Below, piece after piece: positions 9,920-18,395 of a DNA stretch of 35,235 nt. Under the pieces are notes generated by a model. That model searched no databases. It had not been told where the DNA came from and saw only the letters and a program-made list of their open reading frames with translations. Location of the stretch: NCBI GenBank assembly GCA_964567575.1, contig CAZMMZ010000001.1, forward strand, positions 1 to 35,235. The letters run 5' to 3'. Source of the DNA: Candidatus Undinarchaeota archaeon. GTDB lineage: Archaea > Undinarchaeota > Undinarchaeia > Undinarchaeales > UBA543. How positions within the stretch are numbered: the stretch's first letter is position 1; every line of letters begins with the position of its first letter. The translations under genes were made by a program, and so were the position numbers.

Positions 9920-10281
9920 TAACCTAAAAGTTTCAACTCCCCAGTAACTTTGTCAATATCAGCTTCAATTGCAGGTCCAATTCCAACTGCGGTTTCTGTT
10001 CCAGCAGGAATTTCTGTGTGCCCTGCATCAGTTATGAGTACAGCATGCAGACCAAGATCTTTTGCTTCCTGAAAATATTTCACAAGCTCTTTCTCATCCT
10101 TAACTTCAAGAACAACTTTCTTCATTCCTTCTTGAAGCCAGTCCTGCGCGCAAGACTCTGTATCTCGATCAGCTTTTAGAAACGCCCCAACACTTGCATG
10201 CGCTCCTTGCGCAACTGCCTTGCCTTTGCTAAGAGTAAGGTCTTTTCTCAAAAGAATTGCTTGTTTGTATTTGAAATCCAT
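9919..10281 (-). CDS. pth2: Peptidyl-tRNA hydrolase Pth2
   Basis: KQAILLRKDL, GKAVAQGAHAS, KKVVL, DAGHTEIPAGTETAVGIGP. TAATG overlap with truD. Confidence 0.95.
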   Translation of the reverse strand: MDFKYKQAILLRKDLTLSKGKAVAQGAHASVGAFLKADRDTESCAQDWLQEGMKKVVLEVKDEKELVKYFQEAKDLGLHAVLITDAGHTEIPAGTETAVGIGPAIEADIDKVTGELKLLG

Positions 10282-10310
10282 AGTAAAAATAAGAAAGAAG
10301 TAGTTTAAAC

Positions 10311-12269
10311 TTATTTCCCTGCTAACTCTTTTCCTTTCTGTGCAATAAATTCAGCAGACAAACCAAAATACTTGACTAATTCCCAAGAACCACCAGATTC
10401 TCCGAATCTGTCAGGAACTCCAATCATTGCAAACTTTTCAGGAGCAACTCCTGCTTCGAGTAGTGCCGCTGCAACACGATTTCCAAGCCCGCCTTTCTGA
10501 TGCTCTTCTGCTGTGATTACAATCTTAGTTTCCTTACCAGCTTTTGCAAGTGTATCATTATCTAATGGTTTGAGAGTATGCATATTAATTATTCTGGTTT
10601 CAATTCCAAATTCTTCTTTCAAAATCCAAGCAGCTCGCATTGCTTCAGGAACTTCTGGACCGCATGCAACAATTGTTAAGTCCTCATTCTCAGATTTGTA
10701 ATCAGATGCAAGTTTAGTTTCAAATGCATCAATGAAATTTTCTTTTGCTCCTCTGTATCGGATAACATTTGCTGTTCCGAATTTATATGGAGTAGATTCC
10801 GTTGTTACAATTGGAGTAGACTCGCGAGCGTATCGAATATAACAAGGACCTTCAATATCAAGAATCATTGTATTTGATGCTTTCTTAGTTTCAATAGAAT
10901 CGCAAGGAACAAATACATTCATATTTGGTAAACCACACATTTGGAAAATATCTTCAAGAGCTTGGTGAGTTGCACCATCCGGTCCAACAGAAACCCCACC
11001 ATGTGCCCCAGTGATTTTAACATTGTAATTCCCATAGCAAACAGTTGTGCGGATTTGATCAAGTGCTCGGCCTGCTGAGAAAACTGCATAAGTTCCAAAG
11101 ATTGGAATCTTTCCTTCTTTTGCAAGACCTGCAGCAACTGCAGTTCCGCTTTGCTCTGCAATTCCCATACTCAAGAACCGATCATTACGATGTTTTTTGT
11201 CCTTGTGAAACATGTCGATGCATATTGATCCTGAGATATCAGCTCCAAGACAAACAATTCTTGGATCATCTCCAACCTCAGCAAGACATTCACCAAAACC
11301 TTTTCGAGTTGGCCTCATCTCTGCTTTCATATTGTCTTGTTCATTCCACCAATAATTTTTTGAAAATTTAGGAAGATTGCCTTCAACTTTCTTATCCATT
11401 TTTGTTTGGTAGTCTTGAGCAATTTTCAAAAGATCATCAACAGGAAGTTCAACCCCGATTTCTTTCAATGCCTGATCAAGCTGTTCTCTGTTAGGAGCTT
11501 TGCCGTGCCAGCCAGCTTCATTCTCCATAAAAGAAACAGACTTTCCTTTTACAGTGTTTGCAAGAATAGCTGTTGGTTTTTCCTTGACTGTTTTTGCTTT
11601 CTCGTAAGCATCAACGATTTGTTGCATGTTGTGGCCATCAATTTCAATTACATTCCAGCCAAAAGATTCGTACTTTGCTTTCAATTCACCCAAATCCATA
11701 ACATCACTAACTTTGCCATCAATTTGTAAGCGATTAATATCAACAATTGCAACAAGGTTATCGAGTTTGTAATGAGCTGCTTCCATTACAGCTTCCCAAA
11801 CCTGTCCTTCTTGCTGTTCGCCATCACCCATTAAACAATAAACTCTGTGATCTTTCTTGTCAAGCCGTCCAGCAAGTGCCATTCCAACAGCAATGCTTAA
11901 ACCCTGACCAAGCGACCCTGTGGACGCTTCAACTCCCTCAAGTTTGAGTCTGTGCGGATGTCCCTGATAAGGACTTTCAAGTTTTCTGAGTTTCATTAAA
12001 TCCTTGATATCAAAATAACCAGAATATCCAAGAGCTGTGTAAAGTGCAGGAGCTTTGTGCCCTGCAGAGAATAAGAAACGATCACGATCTTCCATTTGCG
12101 GATTCTTTGGATCGTGCTTCATTACATTAAGATACGCAGCTGCAACAAGATCCATACAAGATAATGAACCACCAGTGTGGCCAGAACCAGCAGCATGCAG
12201 AGCAACAAGCATATATGCTCGCATTTCTTTTACTGCGTTTTCAAGTTCAGGTATTGAGAGTTTTTTCAT
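10311..12269 (-). CDS. tkt: Transketolase, TPP-binding and pyrimidine/C-terminal domains in one chain
   Basis: GSGHTGGSLS, RFLFSAGHKAPALY, STGSLGQG, TPP motif GDGEQQEG...N, GIAEQ, VGPDGATHQ, AEEHQ. Confidence 0.93.
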   Translation of the reverse strand: MKKLSIPELENAVKEMRAYMLVALHAAGSGHTGGSLSCMDLVAAAYLNVMKHDPKNPQMEDRDRFLFSAGHKAPALYTALGYSGYFDIKDLMKLRKLESPYQGHPHRLKLEGVEASTGSLGQGLSIAVGMALAGRLDKKDHRVYCLMGDGEQQEGQVWEAVMEAAHYKLDNLVAIVDINRLQIDGKVSDVMDLGELKAKYESFGWNVIEIDGHNMQQIVDAYEKAKTVKEKPTAILANTVKGKSVSFMENEAGWHGKAPNREQLDQALKEIGVELPVDDLLKIAQDYQTKMDKKVEGNLPKFSKNYWWNEQDNMKAEMRPTRKGFGECLAEVGDDPRIVCLGADISGSICIDMFHKDKKHRNDRFLSMGIAEQSGTAVAAGLAKEGKIPIFGTYAVFSAGRALDQIRTTVCYGNYNVKITGAHGGVSVGPDGATHQALEDIFQMCGLPNMNVFVPCDSIETKKASNTMILDIEGPCYIRYARESTPIVTTESTPYKFGTANVIRYRGAKENFIDAFETKLASDYKSENEDLTIVACGPEVPEAMRAAWILKEEFGIETRIINMHTLKPLDNDTLAKAGKETKIVITAEEHQKGGLGNRVAAALLEAGVAPEKFAMIGVPDRFGESGGSWELVKYFGLSAEFIAQKGKELAGK

Positions 12270-13456
12270 GATTCAACAAATTCCTTTAATCTTTTTAGTC
12301 CTTCGACAATACCTTCCTTAGAAGTGGCATATGAAAACCTTATGTATTCTTGTTCTTGGCCCGGATTCTTCGATCCGAAGTGAGTATCAGCTAAAACCGC
12401 TACGCCGTGGTCAAGTAATTTCTGTCGGAAATCCTCTGCGCTTGAAGCCCCGACTTTTTTGCAGGCTTCAGTTACATTTGGTAGTGCATAGAAAGCTCCA
12501 CCAGGAGATATGCAAGAAATCCCTTCAATTTCATTCAAACCTTTAACAATTTGATCTCTGCGCTCTTTGAAACTCTTTGTCATCATTTCTGTTGCATCTT
12601 GTGGACCATTTAGAGCTTGAACAGCAGCCCATTGAACATGGTGTGGGGCGCAAGAATCTGTATTAGTCATCCATCTGGAGAAATGTGGTGAAAGGTTTTT
12701 GCTGTACGCGTAACCAAGTCGCCACCCAGTCATTGCATAACTCTTTGAAACGCAATCAACAATAATTGCGCGATCTTCCATTCCTGGAATGGAAATAATT
12801 GATTCGAATTTATTATCATAAACAAGCGAGGAATAAACTTCATCAGAATAAACCCAGAAATCGTGATCCATCGCCAGGTCTGCAATTCCTTTTAATTCAT
12901 GTGATTTCAAAACTGCGCCAGTGGGATTCTGCGGAGAATTAATAATTAAGAGTTTAGTTTTTGGAGTAATCTTTTCAGCAAGCGAATCAATACTAAATGA
13001 AAATCCATTTTCTTCTAGCAAAGGAATTGGAACAGGAACTGCACCATTTGCTTTTGCTTGTGATTCGTAAATAGGAAATCCTGGGTTTGGATAAATAACT
13101 TCATCGCCAACTCCATGGTCTGTTGTTGAGAGAATGCTCCAGTAAATGAATGGCTTGCCACCGCAAGCAGTTGAGATGTGTTTTGCATCAACTTCAACTC
13201 CGCGGGTTCTTGAAAAATAATTTGCAGCAGCTTCTCGGAGTTCTGGAATTCCTGAAGAAGATGTGTAACCAGACTTTCCGTCTTTAATTGCAGTGATTGC
13301 AGCTTCTTTAATATGCTCAGGGGTATCGAAGTCAGGCTGGCCTATACAAAAGTTTACAATATCGGCTCCTGCTTTCAAGCGTTTATTAACATCTGCTAAA
13401 ACAACGAAGGCATTTTCAGTTCCTAGTGTTGCTGTGCGATTAGATATATCAACCAT
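12266..13456 (-). CDS. PLP-dependent class I/II aminotransferase (aspartate aminotransferase-like)
   Basis: IGQPDFDTP, INSPQNPTG, SDEVY, SKSYAMTGWRLGY (PLP lysine), GAFY, IRFSYA. ATGA overlap with tkt and GGAGG SD upstream. Confidence 0.92.
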   Translation of the reverse strand: MVDISNRTATLGTENAFVVLADVNKRLKAGADIVNFCIGQPDFDTPEHIKEAAITAIKDGKSGYTSSSGIPELREAAANYFSRTRGVEVDAKHISTACGGKPFIYWSILSTTDHGVGDEVIYPNPGFPIYESQAKANGAVPVPIPLLEENGFSFSIDSLAEKITPKTKLLIINSPQNPTGAVLKSHELKGIADLAMDHDFWVYSDEVYSSLVYDNKFESIISIPGMEDRAIIVDCVSKSYAMTGWRLGYAYSKNLSPHFSRWMTNTDSCAPHHVQWAAVQALNGPQDATEMMTKSFKERRDQIVKGLNEIEGISCISPGGAFYALPNVTEACKKVGASSAEDFRQKLLDHGVAVLADTHFGSKNPGQEQEYIRFSYATSKEGIVEGLKRLKEFVES

Positions 13457-13570
13457 GTGTCCTCCCAGTATAATTATGGCGCTTTGTTATAAAAGTTATG
13501 GCGATTGTGACATATGTAATAGACTAGGAAATAATAAAACACATATATTGGTTATTGTGAGAGAATTGGT

Positions 13571-14230
13571 GTGGTAAGAATATTCGCTTCTGCAAAAAAC
13601 AGTTTTAAGGACTTTCTATTTAATTTAGAGTCTTGGAAAATTGGTGTGTTTGTTGCAGTTATTCTTCTTTCATTTGTGTGGCTTTTGGTGTGGGCAATAA
13701 ACTCAGCTACTGCATTTGTTAATTGGAGAATGTTGGGGCTCTATACTGTTCTGATTCTGTTGCTAACATTTTCAAGAATGGGACGCTTCACAAAAGTTGG
13801 TATAAAATTCTCATACTTCTTGCTGTTCATGATAACAATTACACTTGGACCAATGACTGCAATTGTGCTGAGAATTATTTCAGTTCCGATTCGGTTGTGG
13901 ATGTTTATTGCAGATTTGCCATTCAAGAGTTTCTTGAAAACAAAAGAGGATTATATTTTCAAGCAGTGGGCTTACAGTGCTCTTTCAATTCTGATAATTT
14001 GGCTTTTTGTAAAAATTATTGGAGTTAGTGTTGTTGTTTCAAATCTCAAATTATATTATTTGATACTTTACGGAGCTTGGACACTTGGATTACTTATTTT
14101 GCATATTGTGTTCCCGCGTGATTCTTTAACAAGATACTTTATTAACAGTGGCGCTGGGTTTGTGTTTAATTGGTTCTTGGTTACAAGCATTGGTTTATGG
14201 TTGTATACTTATTTGCTTGGGTTTATTTAA
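13571..14230 (+). CDS. Hypothetical integral membrane protein (about 6-7 TM)
   Basis: 219-aa hydrophobic ORF with GTG start about 25 nt downstream of a TATA-like ATATAT. No family confidently recognised. Confidence 0.65.
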   Translation: MVRIFASAKNSFKDFLFNLESWKIGVFVAVILLSFVWLLVWAINSATAFVNWRMLGLYTVLILLLTFSRMGRFTKVGIKFSYFLLFMITITLGPMTAIVLRIISVPIRLWMFIADLPFKSFLKTKEDYIFKQWAYSALSILIIWLFVKIIGVSVVVSNLKLYYLILYGAWTLGLLILHIVFPRDSLTRYFINSGAGFVFNWFLVTSIGLWLYTYLLGFI

Positions 14231-15239
14231 TTCCAAGAGTTTGATTGGTCTTCTCCATACTCTCTTCTTTGCTAACATCACTGCACATTGCACGAATACA
14301 ATCAATATTTTCTGGAATAACAAGACTTTCTTGTGGAATTGCTTGGAAGAAAAACAATTCATTTCCCTGAATTCCAATTGAATCTTCCCAAACCAAATTC
14401 TCATACATATCATATCTTGGACGACCGAAGTCACGAGCGAATTCCATAAGCTCTGCAGTTGATGTTAACCCGTCAGATGCTTTGACAAGCATGATTCTTG
14501 GATTCTTTTTGAAAAGTTCTTTGACTTGATCTGCAGTTGCTTCCTTGTCAAGTTCAATCATTAAAGAATGTGCATGCATGAAAGTTGAAGAAACTTTGAA
14601 AGCACTTGTAATAATATTAAGATCTGGAAGAACTGTATTTACATCAGGACCGTGATGACTTGGCACAGTAATTGGATTAGGAACAATCCCATCAACAGGA
14701 CCGCTCTTGGAACTACCAGGATCTGAAGCGCGCCTAACTAAAACTACTCGAGCTTTCTTAATACCGAACTCTTTGTTAATATCATTTAGAGCTCTGCTCA
14801 ATCCTGTGGTGTTACAAGAAACAACGCGAACCTCTTTCTTTCCAACAGCATCAGAATAATTTGAATAAGCATTGAAACTTGTTCCAGCAACTTCGTGCTT
14901 CTCTGCACCTTCGTAAATTACTTTCACAGATTTTGCATCATAATATTTTTCTTTGTTCTCTGCGCCTTTTCCTTTTGGTGAACAATCAACAACAATATCA
15001 CATTGATCTAGAAGATCATTAATGTCGCCTTCGATTTTAATTCCAGCTTCTTCGAATTTGGATTTGTTATCAGGAAGTCCACAATATAATTTGAATCCTT
15101 TCTCAATTGCATTCTTTGCTTCCCAAGTAGGTCGAGTTTTTGTAACTCCAACAACTTCCATGTCGTCCTGCTTGGCAACTGCGTCAGCAACGCGCTTGCC
15201 AATTGTTCCATATCCGTTTATTGCAACTTTAATTGTCAT
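14223..15239 (-). CDS. gap: Glyceraldehyde-3-phosphate dehydrogenase, archaeal phosphorylating type II
   Basis: VAINGYGTIGKRVADA, VVSCNTTGL (catalytic Cys), RRASDP, SHHGPDV, QESLVIPENID. Start set at MTIK (15239). Confidence 0.96.
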   Translation of the reverse strand: MTIKVAINGYGTIGKRVADAVAKQDDMEVVGVTKTRPTWEAKNAIEKGFKLYCGLPDNKSKFEEAGIKIEGDINDLLDQCDIVVDCSPKGKGAENKEKYYDAKSVKVIYEGAEKHEVAGTSFNAYSNYSDAVGKKEVRVVSCNTTGLSRALNDINKEFGIKKARVVLVRRASDPGSSKSGPVDGIVPNPITVPSHHGPDVNTVLPDLNIITSAFKVSSTFMHAHSLMIELDKEATADQVKELFKKNPRIMLVKASDGLTSTAELMEFARDFGRPRYDMYENLVWEDSIGIQGNELFFFQAIPQESLVIPENIDCIRAMCSDVSKEESMEKTNQTLGIK

Positions 15240-16452
15240 TGTTTTCCCTCTTTGCAGCTTTTTCCAAAGCTTCAATTGCGTAAAGTTTGATACCAGCGAG
15301 GTGAGTAATACACGCCCCTCCGCCAGTGCTAATATGAGTTATCTTATCTTCAAGCCCGTGCTTTGTTATTGACATGGCAATGTGACCTCCGCCAACAACT
15401 GAGAATGCATCAGAATCTGCAATTGCTTTCACAAGATCAAAAGTTCCTTTTTCAAATTCTGCTTCCTCAAACACTCCCGCTGGCCCATTTGCAATAATTG
15501 TTCCAGCTTCTTTAATTCGTTCAATATATTTTGCAATTGTTTTGCTTCCAATATCTGCGAATCTTAATGGAAGAGGAGTTTCAGCAAGATCAATTTCAAA
15601 TCGCTTTCCTTCTTTGTCAAGAGCCAAATCAACTGGCACTTCGATTTTGTCAGGGAATTGATCAAGAAGTTCCTTAGCTGAATTTACAAAACCATCAAAA
15701 TTTTCAATTGCATCTGCACCGTGAATATTATATCCTTTTGCTGAAAGGAAAATTGTAGCAACAAGACCAGTTGTTAAAACTTTGTCCATAATCCCTGTTG
15801 CAAGGAATTGTCGAGCAACACGAAGACTTGATTTGATTTTGGAACCGCCTGCTATGTAAATCGCTGGCTTTTTATTTGAGCTCAGGATTTTTTCCATAAC
15901 TTCAATTTCGTTTTGCATAACTAGTCCTGCGCATGATGGCAAGACTTCACAGAAACCAACAATTGATGGTTGCGATCTGTGAGCAGTTGCAAAAGCATCA
16001 CTAACAAAATAATCTACAAGTGGTGCAATTGTTTTTACAAAATGAGTATTAGCTAAAACATCTGAAGGTCTTTTGAGAAGTTCTTCAGAAAGGAATCGAA
16101 CATTTTCAAGAAGAAGTATTTCTCCAGATTTTAAATTCTTAATTGCGTCCTGCGCTGCAGGACCAACAACATCCGGCACATATGAAACTGGCTTGCCAAC
16201 ATATTTTTCAAGTTCTTTTGCATGTTTCTCAAGAGTTGTAAATTCATATTCAGAATCTGGTCGACCCTGGTGAGTCATTACAACAACTTTTGCGTCTTTA
16301 TCAGAAAGATCTTTGATTGTATTAGCATGTGTTTTAATTCTTCGACAATCTAAGAACTCATTTGTTTCTGGATCAATTGGACAATTAATATCAATTCGAA
16401 CAAGAGCTGTTTTGTCTTGAAAATTAAAATCATCAATTACTTTGAAATCCAT
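15229..16452 (-). CDS. pgk: Phosphoglycerate kinase
   Basis: LVRIDINCP, THQGRP, LLENVRF, DAFATAHRS, NGPAGVFE, VGGGH, ISTGGGA. Start set at MDFK (16452), a TAATG overlap with tpi. Confidence 0.96.
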   Translation of the reverse strand: MDFKVIDDFNFQDKTALVRIDINCPIDPETNEFLDCRRIKTHANTIKDLSDKDAKVVVMTHQGRPDSEYEFTTLEKHAKELEKYVGKPVSYVPDVVGPAAQDAIKNLKSGEILLLENVRFLSEELLKRPSDVLANTHFVKTIAPLVDYFVSDAFATAHRSQPSIVGFCEVLPSCAGLVMQNEIEVMEKILSSNKKPAIYIAGGSKIKSSLRVARQFLATGIMDKVLTTGLVATIFLSAKGYNIHGADAIENFDGFVNSAKELLDQFPDKIEVPVDLALDKEGKRFEIDLAETPLPLRFADIGSKTIAKYIERIKEAGTIIANGPAGVFEEAEFEKGTFDLVKAIADSDAFSVVGGGHIAMSITKHGLEDKITHISTGGGACITHLAGIKLYAIEALEKAAKRENNDN

Positions 16453-17108
16453 TAAATGCCTCCGCAAATACCAATTAAAACTGCACGAGGATCCGCTGCT
16501 TTTGTGAATGCACTTGCAAGAAGAACTCCATCAACTCCGAGTTCCATTGCTTTCTTAACATCTGAGCCAGTTGAAATACCGGCGCCGCATAGCACTTTTA
16601 CATTTGAATTAACTTGTTTAATGTTTTCTACAGTTTTTGTAATAACTTCGGGTTTTGCTTCTGATACTGAAATGCCAGCGCCAATAAGTTCTGGTGGCTC
16701 AACTGCAATATAATCCGGTGAGAACTCAGCAAGTTCGCGAGCTTCATCTTCATCTTGCGCGCAAACAATGCTAATCATTTCAGCTTGTTTTAATTTGTCA
16801 ATTGTTTCATGAATTTGTAAATGAGGAATTCTTCGCTCTGAATGATTCAAAAGTGATCCAGTTGCTCCTGCTTGTTTTAATGCTTCAACAAGATTTGAAC
16901 CAGTTCCGCTCCCAGGATTAATTGGGCTAGCATATTGTGCAATTGTTTCAATGTATTTAGAAGTTCTTAGAATATCAGTTGTTTGCGGAGCTGCAATTAC
17001 GCGAACTCCAGTTGACTCTGCTGTTTCTTTGCAGATCTTTGCAAGTTCCTCTGATTTTTCTCCAATAGCTTCAGCGTAAGCCTTGAAATTTAAAATTACT
17101 ATTCCCAT
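16452..17108 (-). CDS. tpiA: Triosephosphate isomerase, archaeal type
   Basis: NFKAY, LLNHSE, AVEPPELIG, CGAGI, GVLLAS. Confidence 0.96.
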   Translation of the reverse strand: MGIVILNFKAYAEAIGEKSEELAKICKETAESTGVRVIAAPQTTDILRTSKYIETIAQYASPINPGSGTGSNLVEALKQAGATGSLLNHSERRIPHLQIHETIDKLKQAEMISIVCAQDEDEARELAEFSPDYIAVEPPELIGAGISVSEAKPEVITKTVENIKQVNSNVKVLCGAGISTGSDVKKAMELGVDGVLLASAFTKAADPRAVLIGICGGI

Positions 17109-17225
17109 TTGTTCTCTTACGAATACACCCGTGAAATTGCTTTAAAAGGATTATGTAAAGCAAATTTGTAGTGGGGGAAACGAAACCGCTAAACTTATAA
17201 CCACCCTGTTTGATAGAAATCCACT

Positions 17226-17387
17226 ATGACCACATGTACTAGCTGCGGGGCAAACCTGCAAGCAGAAGGAATAAAAGCCGAATTCAAGTGCCCTAAATGT
17301 GGGGAAGACACTATCGGCCGATGCGAGCGCTGCAAGAAGCTCTCTAGACCATACACTTGCTCTAAATGCAAGTTCGTGGGGCCATAG
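17226..17387 (+). CDS. Small Zn-ribbon protein (COG2888-like), 53 aa, preceding EF-1beta
   Basis: Not in the track. Hand translation: MTTCTSCGANLQAEGIKAEFKCPKCGEDTIGRCERCKKLSRPYTCSKCKFVGP. Four CxxC pairs and a C-terminal GP. This family commonly lies directly upstream of aEF-1beta in archaea. Confidence 0.9.
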   Translation: MTTCTSCGANLQAEGIKAEFKCPKCGEDTIGRCERCKKLSRPYTCSKCKFVGP

Positions 17388-17488
17388 TAAGGGCTAGTAG
17401 TTGGTGGCCAGTGGCTTGTGGTTACAAACCACGAGCTGAACCAATTTCACCAAACAAACTACAAACCAAATAAGGAGGACAAACAAAA

Positions 17489-17806
17489 ATGGGAAGTGTA
17501 CTTATTGTATTCGATATTATTCCAAACGAGAAAGATCAGGCTGGAGCAGAAGCACTAGCTGAGAAACTCAAACAAGTTACAATTACAGGTTCAGGTCCAA
17601 GTGCAAAAGACGAATCTGTGCCAGAAGAATATTATGTTAATATAGGAGCTATTGAAGTTCAGGATTTTGTTTTCGGAACTAAGAAAGTTGCAGCAACTTA
17701 TGAAATTCCAGATGCTGGTGGAGCGCAGGACGCATTAGAAACTGCACTCGAAGGTGTTGACGGAGTAGAAACAGTAACTTTCGTAACAGCTGGCAGACCG
17801 GTATAA
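17489..17806 (+). CDS. ef1b: Archaeal translation elongation factor 1-beta
   Basis: Acidic ferredoxin-like pattern (FVFGTKKV, DALETALEGVDGVETV), strong AGGAGG SD, and synteny with the Zn-ribbon gene. Confidence 0.8.
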   Translation: MGSVLIVFDIIPNEKDQAGAEALAEKLKQVTITGSGPSAKDESVPEEYYVNIGAIEVQDFVFGTKKVAATYEIPDAGGAQDALETALEGVDGVETVTFVTAGRPV

Positions 17807-17808
17807 GA

Positions 17809-17952
17809 TTATTTCTTTAAAGAATTACTACAGAATTTATTTGTGTTAGCTGTAGCAAGACATGTTGAACAAATTGGCTGATTGCAATACGGACACGTGG
17901 TTGTGGAGGGCCGCATATTACAATGTCTGCAAACAGACATGAGTTCGTTCAT
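17809..17952 (-). CDS. Small Cys-rich protein, putative B-box-like zinc finger (47 aa)
   Basis: Not in the track. MNELMSVCRHCNMRPSTTTCPYCNQPICSTCLATANTNKFCSNSLKK: three CxxC pairs plus a seventh Cys. It fills the intergenic gap, with a TATA-like TTTATAAC about 22 nt upstream. Confidence 0.7.
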   Translation of the reverse strand: MNELMSVCRHCNMRPSTTTCPYCNQPICSTCLATANTNKFCSNSLKK

Positions 17953-17973
17953 AAAAGTTTATTAGGCTGTGAT

Positions 17974-17982
17974 GTTATAAAA
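17974..17982. promoter_or_regulatory. Shared TATA element (TTATAA core) between two divergent, probably leaderless genes
   Basis: GTTATAAAA. The palindromic TTATAA core at 17975-17980 lies about 20 nt from both the ATG at 17952 (-) and the ATG at 17999 (+). Confidence 0.5.
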
Positions 17983-17998
17983 AGTTAGGTAAAAAGAA

Positions 17999-18364
17999 AT
18001 GACACCAGACCATACAGAAATCAGCCAGTTCTTTGATGAGATAATTCATATTCTAATTAAAATTACTCCAATGCATGCAGATGTGCAAGATCATATTGCA
18101 AAACTAAGAACTTCTATTGACAAGCACAAATTACTTGGAGATAAATACGCTGAGGCATTGGATCAATTAACTGATACAGATTTGGAAAAGATGATTAGGT
18201 TTGTGGAAAGGCCAGGCAACCATCATCATATTGCTGAATTAGAAAAAATGGAGAAAGAGTTTGGAATTGAAGCTGCTGGCAGGCAATTCTTGAAACACTT
18301 TTACGACCACAACAAGAACCAGCTGATACACGCGGAAAAACTTCAGCATGTTGCAAGGCACTAA
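17999..18364 (+). CDS. Hypothetical His-rich helical protein
   Basis: 121 aa with 13 His, including HHH. No family recognised. Confidence 0.7.
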   Translation: MTPDHTEISQFFDEIIHILIKITPMHADVQDHIAKLRTSIDKHKLLGDKYAEALDQLTDTDLEKMIRFVERPGNHHHIAELEKMEKEFGIEAAGRQFLKHFYDHNKNQLIHAEKLQHVARH

Positions 18365-18395
18365 GCTTTAATACACGCAAAACCAACTTCTACAT

